In this document: positions 40,149-51,523 of the stretch, piece after piece
Layout: each line of letters opens with the position of its first letter
Position numbering within the stretch: position 1 is the first letter of the stretch
Origin: Octopus sinensis
Taxonomy: Eukaryota
Length of the DNA stretch: 64,000 bases
NCBI RefSeq assembly: GCF_006345805.1
Contig: NC_043006.1
Span: 41,602,001 to 41,666,000 of the forward strand
Direction: 5' to 3'
The notes under the pieces: model-generated
What the model was told of the DNA's origin: nothing
The model's input: the letters and a program-made list of their open reading frames with translations, nothing else
Databases searched by the model: none
Position numbers and translations under genes: made by a program

Positions 40149-40320
40149 TTGCATAGCTTTCAAATTCCACCGTCCTCCGTGTATAGGTGAAAGAGGAGCC
40201 ATTGATATTCATTGTAATCATTCGGCATGAATGCCGGCGGTTTCTTAATCAAAACAAAATGTCTGCCGCGAAGTAGTAGATATTCAAGTATACTTCTCTT
40301 GCAAATGGTCGCCATCTTTA
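40149..40320 (-). promoter_or_regulatory. Candidate first exon/promoter-proximal region
   Basis: YY1-like AAGATGGCG at ~40319-40311; CpG-containing unique sequence; ATG at 40202 (MAPLSPIHGGRWNLKAMQ) running into a consensus donor CAA|GTAAGT at 40149/40148. Confidence 0.35.
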
Positions 40321-41213
40321 TTTTAAATGTAATATCATTTCTTCAATTTTGTATAAAAATTAAATATAGTTTATATCTTGGACTATTCACATTTTGACTT
40401 ATTCATCATTTTTGGCAAACTATGCTTATTTTAAAGTTTAGCATTCATAAACGTAATACGTCATCATTTTGTTTCCCAAGGTTATAGAGCTCACTATATT
40501 ATTTCATATTAGGAATATTTTTGAACATCTTATTGAAATGTTGCTTAGATAATTGTCGCTTAGATACGAAGATCATATTTTAGTTACATTTATTTATAAC
40601 AAGAAAGGTTAGACGGCATTTCTGGAATGAATCAAATGCTAGACTTGCGATTTAAAACAATGATTAAAAAAAATAATCCAAAATTATTCAGAAAATATAT
40701 TTTTATAGAAATACATTGAATTATTAAACTGTTCGTCCTATATGCAATATTTAATAAGTACTATCACGATTTTCATTTAAATATAGACTGAAATTTTTTT
40801 TTAAATATTTTAATGACAAGTATATTTCTCATTCACAATGGTACACTTATTTATTTCTTTTTTTTTTGTGCAATTCAATTTACAGATATGAATTATGAAA
40901 TCGTAGTACTTTATTAAATAAAACTTGTCAAACTTAGTCTATAAACGAATCATCATAAGTAGTCGCTTAATATTTAATGTGAACGTTAAGATTTAGTGGG
41001 TTCTGATTATTCTGATATATGTCCATGCTGCTACCGTCGTTGTAATGTTCTTGTAGTTGCTGTTGTTGTTGTTCCATTGTTGACTACTTTTCGTCTGTCA
41101 TCAGATTGAAACATGAAGGGTTTCAAGAAATCGATCCGTAAAATCTTTTATGTATTTCTAAGATGTTTCGAACAAAATAAATTCTTTTGTTATCTGTGGT
41201 ATATTTGAGATTT

Positions 41214-41334
41214 GTCTTCTTCTTCTTCTTCTTCTTCTTCTTCTTCTTCTTCTTCTTCTTCTTCTTCTTCTCTTCTTCTTCTTCTTCTTCTTCTTCTTCT
41301 TCTTCTTCTTCTTTCTTCTTCTGCTAATTCATTA

Positions 41335-41431
<97 letters not shown>
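41214..41431. repeat. (TTC)n-(TTA)n microsatellite
   Basis: Directly visible; produces the poly-S/L/Y ORF. Confidence 0.95.
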
Positions 41432-41432
<1 letters not shown>

Positions 41433-41975
41433 GATTGTTATTTAGAAATATCTGTAAATGAAACCAGACAAATATTTCTTTCGATTTATAACTAACGAAT
41501 ATTCCCCCAAACAATCAATATGAAGATATTCGGTACTTCAAATAGAAAAAAAAATTACAAAAATCAATATTCTAGCGTTTTTAATCCTCTGTAATCTTTT
41601 ACAGTTTCTGTTGAAATGTTACAGCAACTGGTCTTCCTAAGTTAACCAACTGCAGAATTTACACAAACATTAGTGAGGATTCAGTACAAAGACTATGTTG
41701 TGCAGATGAGAAGTAGAAAAACTTTTACTGCCTTGGTTGTATGACTGAGAAACTCTATAGTTTGCAGCTATATGATTTTTGGTTCAATCCAACTGCGCGG
41801 CTGTTTGTGCAGATGGCTTCTGATATAGCTTCGGCCCGACCAGTACCCTGTGACGGAAATTTTGTAGACGGAAACTGAATGAGATCCCAACATATATATC
41901 TATAGATGTGTATGTTGGTTTGTTTATGTCCCCATAAACAAATTTACAGTGTACCAATGTGAATGAGTGTGAATA

Positions 41976-42410
41976 GGCGCAGGAGTGACTGTGTGGTAGG
42001 TAGGTTGCTTACCAACCACCTGGTTCTTGGTTCGGTCCCACAGCGTGGCATCTTGGGTAAGTGTCTTCTACTATAGCCCTCGGGCCGACCAAAGACTTGT
42101 GAGTGGATTTGGTAAACGGAAACTGAAAGAAGACCGTCGTATATATGTACATATATATATGTATGTTTGTGTTTCTGTGTTTGTGGGGACAAACACAATC
42201 ACACAAACGTACATATATACATATATACAAGCGATGCGGCGGGGGGGGGGGGGAAACACCGCTTGACAACCGATGCTGGTGTGTTTACCCATAGAATAAG
42301 TACTAGGCTTACAACGAATAACTCCTGGTGTCGATTTGGTCGACTAAAATTGGTGTTCCCGCATGGCCACAGTCATATGATTGAAACAAGTAAGTAAAGA
42401 GTAAGAGAGA
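41976..42410 (+). mobile_element. tRNA-derived SINE (major family), near full length
   Basis: ggcgcaggagtgactgtgtggtagg head, ggttcggtccca B box, body and gaaacaagtaag tail. Confidence 0.85.
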
Positions 42411-42929
42411 TAAAGTAGGTAAAATGTAAGTCCCTGACTTAAAATAAGTACTGCGATGGATATGTTCGAGAAAACCCTTCAATATGTTACTCCAGTATGG
42501 GCGTTGTGCTATCACTGACAATATTTAAATATAAAGGATAAAAAATAAATACTCTTTCTAAACAAGATTTTGATAGGACTTCATTTAAACATTTAAGCCT
42601 GCGACATACAAAAAAATCGTAGAGGTTTACTTAATTCAATAAAGGCCGCATTTACTAGGATTTAGGGTTATAATCCGTAATCCGGTGAAAACTTGAGGTA
42701 CGTAACTAGAGAAAGAATTTGATGGGTGTATACAGATATGCAACTTGTGAATATGCAACCGAAATATTTCAAGTCTGTAGTCTTATATTACTAAACGTTA
42801 TAAACAATTTGTTTTTATGATAATATAACACAGATGTCATACGAAGAACAGGTAGGTTAATACCAATTCATTAATAGATGATTCACTCATGATAATAGAC
42901 TTTAAAATCAATATGGTGGAAAATGCGTA

Positions 42930-42977
<48 letters not shown>

Positions 42978-43408
42978 GAGTTTGCTATTTAGAAATATCT
43001 GTTAAAAAGATATTACTTTTTAATATCTAGAACATAAGAATTTGAATATAAAGGTGCAGGTACACCCAACAAGTTTACTTCTGAACCACATGGTTCCGGG
43101 TTCAATCTCACTACGTGGTACCTTGGATAAGTGTGTTCTGCTCTTGCCTCTAAACCTTGTGGTAGATGGAAACTGAAAGAAGCTCGTCGCATTTATATAT
43201 ATAATTATAATTATAACTTGGAGCTCTGGAATGCTACCTCATTACCTCCCATTCAATGTGGGGTTAAAAATAGATGACAAATTTCGAGTGGTTTATAGTA
43301 TTCATCTACTCCTAGCGTATAAGGCGCGTGCATTCCAGCGCCCTTAATTATAATTATATTTTTATAATTATATACATAAAAATTATTATTACCGATTTAA
43401 AAAACAAA

Positions 43409-44381
43409 TTTTATCTAGTTTCAGCTCACAAGCTGTGGCCATGCTGGGGCACCGCCATTTGGTGTTGCTACATGATTTTACTTCACGAATGCATTTTTGG
43501 CAATTGCCATTTGGTACATGAGAGAGTTCGATGCAGCTGCCCTCATCTGCACCTCCTGCCGTGAAGTTGGTTCATCTGGGACACCTGACAAAAAGAGATC
43601 CAGTTTCATTTTAAAGACATCTGCATCCACCCCATGCAGGTCTCTTAGGTCTTCGGGAGGATATTGAAGAGCTGTGGGCCTCGGAAGCCCAGCTGTCACA
43701 TGAAATATTGCATCATCACTCATGTAAATACCCAGGTCTCGCACTGATTGTGCCTCTGGGATTGTAATCCCTCCAGGTACAGTGTATTTATTGGGTATTG
43801 CATTTAGTTTTGCATGCTGATAGCATAAAGCTTGAAACTTTTCAGCATTGAACTGCATTCTATTCTTTTCAGCCCATTTGTATATTTTGTCCAGCTCACA
43901 TTGCAGGTGCTTAGTGTCTTCAGGGTTCTGTATTGCCTGTGAATCTTTTATATCATCTGCATAACTTGTGATCGTGGCTCTCTGCGTGGTTGAGGGCATG
44001 TCTGAGAGGGCCATTATGAACAGTAGTGGTCCCAAAACAGTGCCTTGCGGAACACGGCTCACTATTTGCGTGTTAATGGAAGTGGCCCCATTGGCTACTA
44101 CCACCTGACTTCCATCCTTCAGAAAGTCATGAAGCCATTCTTCCCATTTTCCAACTATGCCAAGATCACGCAGTTTGTGACATATCATTCCATGATCGAC
44201 TTTATCAAAGGCCTTTGCAAAGTCGACTTATATGACTTCCACATTTGAGTGGTTGAGCAGTCGTTTCAGCCCCCAGTCATAGTGTTGTAGGAGCTGAGTT
44301 AAGCAGCTTCTTCCTGGTCGGAAACCATGTTGGGCGTCAGACAGCAAGTCATTTTCTTCAAGGAAGTTGATTAGTTTCATA
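43409..44381 (-). mobile_element. 5'-truncated, internally deleted CR1/L2-group LINE (reverse transcriptase pseudogene)
   Basis: QHGFRPGRSCLTQLL, DFAKAFDKVDH, VPQGTVLGPLLF and YADD motifs. Stop at 44230-44228. Jump from RT (FHV, ~43698) to the C-terminal LGFRGPQLFN/FKMKLDLFLSGVPDEP segment; 3' UTR shared with 2027-2172. Confidence 0.93.
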
Positions 44382-45292
44382 TGGTCATTTTTTATACGCT
44401 AATCATTTTAATTATTTTACCCTCAATTTATATGTATATATGTATACATCTCTCTCCCTCTCTCTCTCTCATATATATATATATGGGGGAGGGGGAGGGG
44501 GATGTGCCTGTCTTTGTGTCTGATTTTCTCCCTCACCAACGCTTAACAATTAGTGCTGGTGTGTTTATATCCCCGTAATTTAGCGTTTTCACAAAAGTGA
44601 TCAATGGAATAAGTAACAAGCTTTTAGCATGTATGTTAGTATGCGTGAGCAGTAGAAGCATCTTTTGTAAGGAATATTCATTTGCACATTCAACAAAACC
44701 CGGGAATGTTGTTTGAACGATGTTGGCAGCGGTGTGTATGTGAGTGCATGTATATATACATACATACACACTTGTGTGTTTGGTGTTTCTGAAATGCTGG
44801 CCATCTAGCAAATACCACTCCCAAGTTTACAGCGTAGTGTGTAAAAGAATACTGCCCCCAGAGTCTTAGGCTGGAATTGATTAGCTAAGCACTTGCTTGC
44901 AGATTAAGCATTTTACCCACACAGCCAACTCACCCTTAATGGTTGGGCTACGTATTTCTTGCTGAATAGCAAATAATTATTCCTGTATTGTAAGTCATAT
45001 TTGTAAGAAATGAGATTTAATTAATCGACTCGTATGGCGATACAATTAAGGCGCGTGGTTTAGTGTTTAGGGTGTTGCAGTCACGGTCGCAACATCGTGA
45101 TTTCCTTTCCCGGATCGGAAATGTTTCTTTAGCGAAACACCACTTCATTGCATGTCACTGCAGTTCACTCAGGTTTAAGTAAGTAAACCTACCACAGATT
45201 GGTGATCCCTCCAGGTTTTCGGTCACCTGTACGCCATCGAAATCGGGTGTTGTAAACTGTTTTCTATGTCACAAGCACGAGGTAGTACTTAC

Positions 45293-45336
<44 letters not shown>

Positions 45337-45458
45337 CTAGCAGCATAGCCCGGCGTTGCCCGGGTATGTAAGAGCCCCTAGTAGGCAACGACTAATCCCA
45401 ATGTAGTCCTTTCCCTCCAGGGAACGAAGGTGCATGTGGACGTTGCAATGTCTTGTCT

Positions 45459-48400
45459 TCACTGGAATACTTCTGTATATACGATGTTCCTAGCTGTCCG
45501 TTTGGGCGAAAACATGAAAACATCATTACGCCTCCCAACGCGTGAACAGCCCACGTAGAGTTGACCGTGGGCGAAGCACTGTTCGCCCAAATGTAACCCA
45601 GCGACTTGTAGCGTTTGGCCTTGGGATTTATTGATGGACATTGCGAAGCAGAGTTTAACAGGAAACTGAGAACGCCTGAAGTGGATTGGTAGGTCAGCGC
45701 CCGACGGTTGAAGGTGCATCCGTGGAATGAAGACGTCCTCTCCCTTCCCACAACCGGTAAGTATTGTGGCCGTTATTAAATGTGGTGCCAAATGTTTCAC
45801 AACCAAACGTGTGCCGTTGCACTGTTTAGGTGGAACCAAATTCCTGATGAGCATAATGGGCGCACCGACTTTTAACTTCAGGATGTGTGGTGGCAGGCCT
45901 GGCGGTTCAAGTGAATTCAGGAATTCAACAGGATAATCGGCAAGCTGGGCGGGGTCTGCTGTCCTATCTATAGATTTGTAGACGTGGACATCACCAGGAA
46001 TAGCTTCAAGTAGCTGGATATTGATGGAGTTGACGGTTGTATTTTTGGGTGCGAGAATAGCTCTGCCTGCCAGCCATTTTAGGTCGCGTAAATTGTTTTG
46101 TAGGTCGTGGAAGACAGCGTCCCGGAGGCTAGCAGGGGTGTCGACAATGGTGCAAAGTGAGTCCAATTGAACGTAGCCATCCGCATCAGACAGCATCCTA
46201 TTTTCACCGAGCGATAAGAGGTCCCTGGAGAATGCAGCGGATCCGCTGTCACCAATTAACTGCGCGCGCATGTTAGTTTGGAGGTGCAAGGGCCGCACAT
46301 GTGCCCAAAGAGCTGACGACTTAAGGCACGCGCGCACGGCATCGGCACGGGTTCCTTTTGGAATAACAGGTAGAGTCTGCCTGAAGTCTCCTGAAAGAAG
46401 TAAAGTTAATCCTCCCATGGGGGCCGTAGAGTCTCTGATGTCTTGCAGGGACCTGTCCAGTGCCTCAAGGGCGCCTTTGTGTGCCATAGTGCACTCGTCC
46501 CATACGATGAGTTTGCATCTGCGCAGAATGTCGGCCTGTTCTGAGTTCTTGGCGATGTTGCAGATAGGTGACTCGGACTTTGCCAGATCGAGCGGGAGTC
46601 TGAAGGCAGAGTGGGCGGTTCTGCCACCCGGAAGCAACGTGGCCGCGATACCAGAGGAAGCTACAGCCAGGGCAATGTCCGTGTTGCGTCTGACCTCTGC
46701 CAGAATTAGTTTAGTGACGAAGGTTTTGCCAGTGCCGCCGGGTGCATCAAGGAAGAAAATCCCCCCACGTTGCTGTCTGACAGAGTCTACGATGGTGTTG
46801 TAGGCTATGCGCTGGTCTGGAAGCAGCCGTGGTTCATTATCTTGGACGTACTGGTGCAGTTCCTCAATGCAGTAGGAAGTTTCGCGTAACAATTCAGCAG
46901 ACATAACATTGGCGTGTTCACGTGTGGGTGGTGGAAGGCCGTACTCTGTTAAAGCAGACCCACCCATATCGATGACAGCGTCTTCGAGTTGAATGAGCGC
47001 AAAATTGTAAATGAAGTTGGTGAACGTGATCTCGGCGGAAGGGCAGTGTTGCTGAGCCGTACGTAAGAAGTCGTGCGACATGTCATCCCTGTATTTCATC
47101 CAGAGACTTAGTGGATCACTAAGCTGACATTTTTGAAGAAGGATTGCGAAAAGATGTCGTAGGGCCGAATGCGTTTGCAGTAAAGCACCCTCTGCCATCG
47201 TGGCGTCCCACTGGGAGTCATCCTCTAGAAGGCCAAGTCTCATACATGCTTCCCTGAAGGTGTCGCACAGAACCCCATTGACGGTACGTATATTGGCGAA
47301 ACCTGTTGGACCAGTGACCTCATGTAGAAGGAGACGGAGGTAGAAGCATTCTTGCTGGTTTGGCGGGATGTTGTAAACTCGACCCAGGCAGGAGTCAAAC
47401 TTGACGCCTGGGAAGCTTTCGACGTTTTTGCCGGATTTCCGTCGGACCCAGGTGTTTTTAGACCACACGAAGTACGATGGGACCTGTGGGTACAAAAGCG
47501 TTCGAGCGAAGTCATCACGTTGGCATAATTTGAAGAAACCAGTCAACGTTGTGTCTTTAGGGCTGGTGGCTATCTGCACAGCACTTTGCTCTGTGAAGTA
47601 AATCCGCTGTCCATTTTCCAAGTGTACAGCAAGCTGCACCACAGCCGGGTGTCTCTGATGGAGCGGGAAGCCGTAAATGCGCCAAAACGCTTCGTTGCTG
47701 CTGAGGTACCGGCCAGCCAAGTAGTTGGACACTTCGTCGCGACTGGTGGTCCTCTGGATGCTGAACATGGCAGCATCGCTGCCTTTGTTGATATATTTGC
47801 AGACATATTGTATTGACCTGATGGAGCTGCAGAACTCAACGTTGACGTGGGCTTTGAATATCTTCGACAGGAGAGGACAGTAGGGGACAATGTAGCTGTT
47901 GTCCACTTGATGTCGCCCAACCGTAATCGTGCGGCCTCCATTGGCTGGACTCCTTCGTTTGTACAGCGGATACCCATCGCCGCCTGTTTGAGTCTCCAAA
48001 GTGAACCGTTTAGGGAATCCCTTTGAGCAGGCTAATCCGTTTTTGTAGCATGGTGTGTTGGCGTAATTTGGTCCACAGGGCCCGTGTACCATGGTAGTGC
48101 GGACAATTTCGTAGAGTCCGGGGTCCTCATCGGGGTCAGGAATCTCGGCGGAAATGAATTTGTCAATGTCATTAGTCTCGATTTTATGAGTGAGCCAAAT
48201 TAAGATGTGAGCATGTGGCAAGCCCCTCTTTTGCCACTCGACCGAAAACATGTGGCACCTGACATGCCCGAAAATCTGACCCTTAACTATCAAATCCTTC
48301 ATTTTGCCCAAATTCAGACGGAAAACCCTAGCAACGATGTCGTGTCGATGGGTGTGAGATTGACCCGGGAGGAGTTCGCGAGTGATTTCGTCGCAGCTGG

Positions 48401-49529
48401 GATTGCACGTGTAGGTGATAAAGAGGTCCGGCCGGCCGTAAATGCGCACGTAGGTCAAGGCGTCTTGGGTCCTTTCACGCATATATCGCGGTCCTCCCGT
48501 GAAGGTGGAGGGTAGAATGCATGGCTTGCCGATGTTGCGAGGGTCATTTTCTTGTTGCAAACCGTCACGGAGATGAATGTAGGAGTCGGAGCGAAGTTTG
48601 GTCTGATTAAGTTTAATGTATAGCAGCCTTTCCGATTCCATTTTTGCGGCCATGTCGACGGCGAACTGGTTGAATAGCTGACGACAACGGGGCAATAAGT
48701 TGAACTCACCCTCCCTGACCATGAACCGGTATGAGTAGAACGCCCTGCAGGAAACCGTCTTTGATGCCGCAGTAGTTTGATTGGAGGGCTGCCGTAAAGG
48801 AATTCCGAAGTGGTAGCCGTCTTCCCCATAAGGGAAAAGCAATGGATACTGAAGCGCGTCATAAGATCTGTGAGTCTCGCTGATCCTGTGTAGGTTGTTA
48901 CCACGGGAGGAGATGATTATGTCACGGCTGTTGTGTTGCTCTCCGTGTATGACTGCGGCAATTTCGTTGCACGCAGGTGCGTTGAAACGGCGTTCGTGCT
49001 CCCCGTGGGGTCGTTTATCAGCATCAATGACAACGGTGAAGTTTGGAGATGGAGCACTGTCCAAGGTATATCTGAAGCTGCAGACGTAGCTGTTGATATC
49101 ATGAAGCATGGTTTGGAGACGGAGAAGAATGTCTTTGCGGGGAACATAGCTTGTACCCGGTATTATTCCAAGGCGTGCATCAACCTGGTGGTTGTAGTCG
49201 GCAATGAAGTATATTTGGAGGAAAGAAGACTGCTGAATCTCGTCTGGCAGAAGTGACCCAATAAGATGGTAGACCTGTCCCTGCACTTTGAAAGTAGGCA
49301 TCCAGCCTTCTCTGGGAGGAATTTTGGCCCCGAAAGAGGTCATTTGGAATGAGCAGTTGTACTTTCGAATTATTTCAAGGAATTGTGACGAATCGGGGGT
49401 TAAACCCGCCGCGAGATCCTTCAGTGGTTGAGGTGGTCCCGTGGGGTGGCAGGTCCACTTTGCCACCAGAGCAGCACAAACCAGGTGGCTCTCCGGGCCA
49501 TTTCTTGGCTTTGCAAAACTGGCATACAA
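45459..49529 (-). CDS. Helitron RepHel: HUH/Y2 Rep plus Pif1-family SF1B helicase (main ORF; the first ~28 aa are out of the true frame)
   Basis: PDLFITYTCNP (motif 1); VEWQKRGLPHAH (HUH, 48242-48207); YVCKY (47807-47793); DAPGGTGKT Walker A (46748-46722); LIVWDE; GDFRQTLPV; MSINKSQGQT; GQLYVGCSRV. Confidence 0.97.
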   Translation of the reverse strand: MYASFAKPRNGPESHLVCAALVAKWTCHPTGPPQPLKDLAAGLTPDSSQFLEIIRKYNCSFQMTSFGAKIPPREGWMPTFKVQGQVYHLIGSLLPDEIQQSSFLQIYFIADYNHQVDARLGIIPGTSYVPRKDILLRLQTMLHDINSYVCSFRYTLDSAPSPNFTVVIDADKRPHGEHERRFNAPACNEIAAVIHGEQHNSRDIIISSRGNNLHRISETHRSYDALQYPLLFPYGEDGYHFGIPLRQPSNQTTAASKTVSCRAFYSYRFMVREGEFNLLPRCRQLFNQFAVDMAAKMESERLLYIKLNQTKLRSDSYIHLRDGLQQENDPRNIGKPCILPSTFTGGPRYMRERTQDALTYVRIYGRPDLFITYTCNPSCDEITRELLPGQSHTHRHDIVARVFRLNLGKMKDLIVKGQIFGHVRCHMFSVEWQKRGLPHAHILIWLTHKIETNDIDKFISAEIPDPDEDPGLYEIVRTTMVHGPCGPNYANTPCYKNGLACSKGFPKRFTLETQTGGDGYPLYKRRSPANGGRTITVGRHQVDNSYIVPYCPLLSKIFKAHVNVEFCSSIRSIQYVCKYINKGSDAAMFSIQRTTSRDEVSNYLAGRYLSSNEAFWRIYGFPLHQRHPAVVQLAVHLENGQRIYFTEQSAVQIATSPKDTTLTGFFKLCQRDDFARTLLYPQVPSYFVWSKNTWVRRKSGKNVESFPGVKFDSCLGRVYNIPPNQQECFYLRLLLHEVTGPTGFANIRTVNGVLCDTFREACMRLGLLEDDSQWDATMAEGALLQTHSALRHLFAILLQKCQLSDPLSLWMKYRDDMSHDFLRTAQQHCPSAEITFTNFIYNFALIQLEDAVIDMGGSALTEYGLPPPTREHANVMSAELLRETSYCIEELHQYVQDNEPRLLPDQRIAYNTIVDSVRQQRGGIFFLDAPGGTGKTFVTKLILAEVRRNTDIALAVASSGIAATLLPGGRTAHSAFRLPLDLAKSESPICNIAKNSEQADILRRCKLIVWDECTMAHKGALEALDRSLQDIRDSTAPMGGLTLLLSGDFRQTLPVIPKGTRADAVRACLKSSALWAHVRPLHLQTNMRAQLIGDSGSAAFSRDLLSLGENRMLSDADGYVQLDSLCTIVDTPASLRDAVFHDLQNNLRDLKWLAGRAILAPKNTTVNSINIQLLEAIPGDVHVYKSIDRTADPAQLADYPVEFLNSLEPPGLPPHILKLKVGAPIMLIRNLVPPKQCNGTRLVVKHLAPHLITATILTGCGKGEDVFIPRMHLQPSGADLPIHFRRSQFPVKLCFAMSINKSQGQTLQVAGLHLGEQCFAHGQLYVGCSRVGRRNDVFMFSPKRTARNIVYTEVFQ

Positions 49530-50327
49530 TTGTCATTGACCCTATCTTGATGTCGTCACGCAAGGAGAAGTTAATTGTGGCGTCGTAGTTGAATGCTAGT
49601 GACAACCAGAAAGCGGGGGCAGGGGTACGTACACCACGAATGATATCCCGACGTTTGTTGATACTCTCAAGTCGAGTGCACCGTGCCTCAGCAGATTCAG
49701 ATGCACGTGCGACAGCGGTAGCAGTGGCATCCCTTGAAAGCCTTTCAGCTCTCGCCTCAGCACCCTCTGAAGCCCTAGCAGAAGCAGTGTTAATGGCATG
49801 TCTGGATGTCCGAATAGTCCGTTGGTGTGGAGTTTCGGCAGATCGAGCCCTGGCTGTGTTTGCGGCGTTAGCAGCTTGGCGAGCTCTCCTCTGTTGAGGT
49901 GTTTCGGCAGCTTTGGCCATGGCTTTGTTTGCGGCGTCAGCATCTTGGCGAGTTCTCCTCTGCTGTGAGGTTTCGACAGATCGTGTCCTGGCGGTGCTAG
50001 TGGCGTTAGCCGCATTCCGAATGGCCCTTTGTTCGGGGTTCTCGCGAGCTCTGCGGATGGAAGCACAGTAAGAAGCCCGCATGTTTTGGCTGGACTGTTG
50101 CTCTTTCGTCAACCTCGAGCGGAGGGAAGATCTGTACGCTGCGACCTTGCAAGTCGGGTAGAACGGTCGCTAGTAGTTTCAGATGCCTGAGCAGCGGCAT
50201 AACGGGAAGCTGTTTGCGAGAGGCGCAAGGCGGTTTCCTCGTGGGTCTCGCGTGCCCTTCTAGCCCTAGCAGCCGATGCCTTGGCCGTCCGAGGGCTGAG
50301 GAGGGTCCTTCTCTTCTTGGGTGGCAT
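49446..50327 (-). pseudogene. Frameshifted N-terminus of RepHel: NLS-like MPPKKRR, nine ~23-aa STPR-like repeats, C-x2-C-x12-CC zinc motif
   Basis: ATG at 50327; -1 shift near 50135; CQFC...CC at 49524-49471; +1 shift in the GGGG run 49443-49446 joins VDLPP to TGPPQPLK. Confidence 0.88.
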
Positions 50328-50449
50328 TTTGGTGGATAGCAATGTGTTTGGCAAAGGTGTAATAAAAAGGAACACGTGGGGTAAGTATTTTGGTGGATAG
50401 CAATGTGTTTGGTAAAGGTGTAATAAAAAGGAGCTCGTGGGGTAAGTAT
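50326..50449. repeat. 61-bp tandem duplication abutting the RepHel start codon
   Basis: attttggtggatagcaatgtgtttgg(c/t)aaaggtgtaataaaaagga..cgtggggtaagt at 50326-50386 and 50387-50447. Confidence 0.95.
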
Positions 50450-51469
50450 CCGAAAATGTATAAAAAGTACAAAAACGGCCAAAAAGCTGGCAGCAATGTG
50501 AGTGACAACAACGAAAAAGTCAAAAGTGATCAAACTGAACAAACGAAAGAAAAGTTTTTTTGATGCACACGACAAAAGGTTTATAATAAACCAAGAGTTT
50601 GCAAGTAGCGTCCGAGGACCGTTAGGGTACGTCAAAAATTGAAGGTAAAACGTTTGGGGTGGTAGTTATAAAGAAAGTTTAAACAAAAAAAGTATTCGAA
50701 TAACTTGCGGCTGCAGCAGCTATTAGCAGAAGTGGCGGTGTTGGGGGTAAAGTCTCGAATGTAATTTCTTCCTGGTAGGAATTGGTTGGATCGAATTATC
50801 GATAGCTAAAAAGGTCAAGTTGCGTCCCCTAGACAGTCTGGTTTGTGTTTAATACACAAATTTGTTTGCTATGTGTGCCACATATGATTAAATTAACCGA
50901 TTTTTTCCAATAATGTATCCTATTGGAATAAAAAGGGCTATATAGCTCCTTGGAGCAGACATGATGCTCGTTGTGAAAAAAAAAAAGATTCCTGCCAATT
51001 TGTGAAAGATATTGTCGAAAATATGTCATCTTGAATTTGAACGCGATTTCCCAAAATGGCATGATTTTATTGATTTTTTTCTGATGGTAAGGTATTGCAT
51101 GGAAAACTAACGTCAGAATTGAGTTTCTTAGGGTAACATTAAGCTTCACCATGAGTTTGGTGAAAATCGATTGCAAGTTGTGAAAACTACCATAGATAAT
51201 GCGTTGCATAAAAAAAGCTTAGATTCTCGAGTTGCGTCCCCTAGACAGTCTGTGGTTCATGTTTATGATTCTCGACCCCATGTCGAATTTATCAATTTTT
51301 TCAGAACTGGGGAACTTTTCAAAATTTTCGCTGCGTTAGTTTTGAATTATGACATTGGGCTATGTGTGTGTCAAGTTTCATCAGAATCGGTTGAAAGCCG
51401 TGGTCAGGGTGAGGGTACGAGAAAACAGACACACAGAAACACGCACAGACAAACTGCCGTTTATATATG

Positions 51470-51519
<50 letters not shown>

Positions 51520-51523
<4 letters not shown>

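Larger units (their letters stand above)
45337..51473 (-). mobile_element. Autonomous-type Helitron, full length (6137 bp)
   Basis: 5' A|TCTCCATATATAAACGGCAG at 51473. 3' CCCGG-GCAACG-CCGGG hairpin (45364-45349), then CTAG|T (45340-45337). Inserted in a (TA)n tract; RepHel gene inside. Confidence 0.96.

Noticed and set aside
45727-50066. Plus-strand and alternate-frame ORFs overlapping the Helitron gene (e.g. 46270-46803, 49596-50066)
   Set aside because: Shadow ORFs expected in GC-rich coding DNA; no recognisable motifs.
50006-50635. 209-aa minus-strand ORF upstream of RepHel
   Set aside because: Out of frame with the MPPKKRR/STPR reading; its length is explained by the 61-bp duplication and GC-rich repeats.
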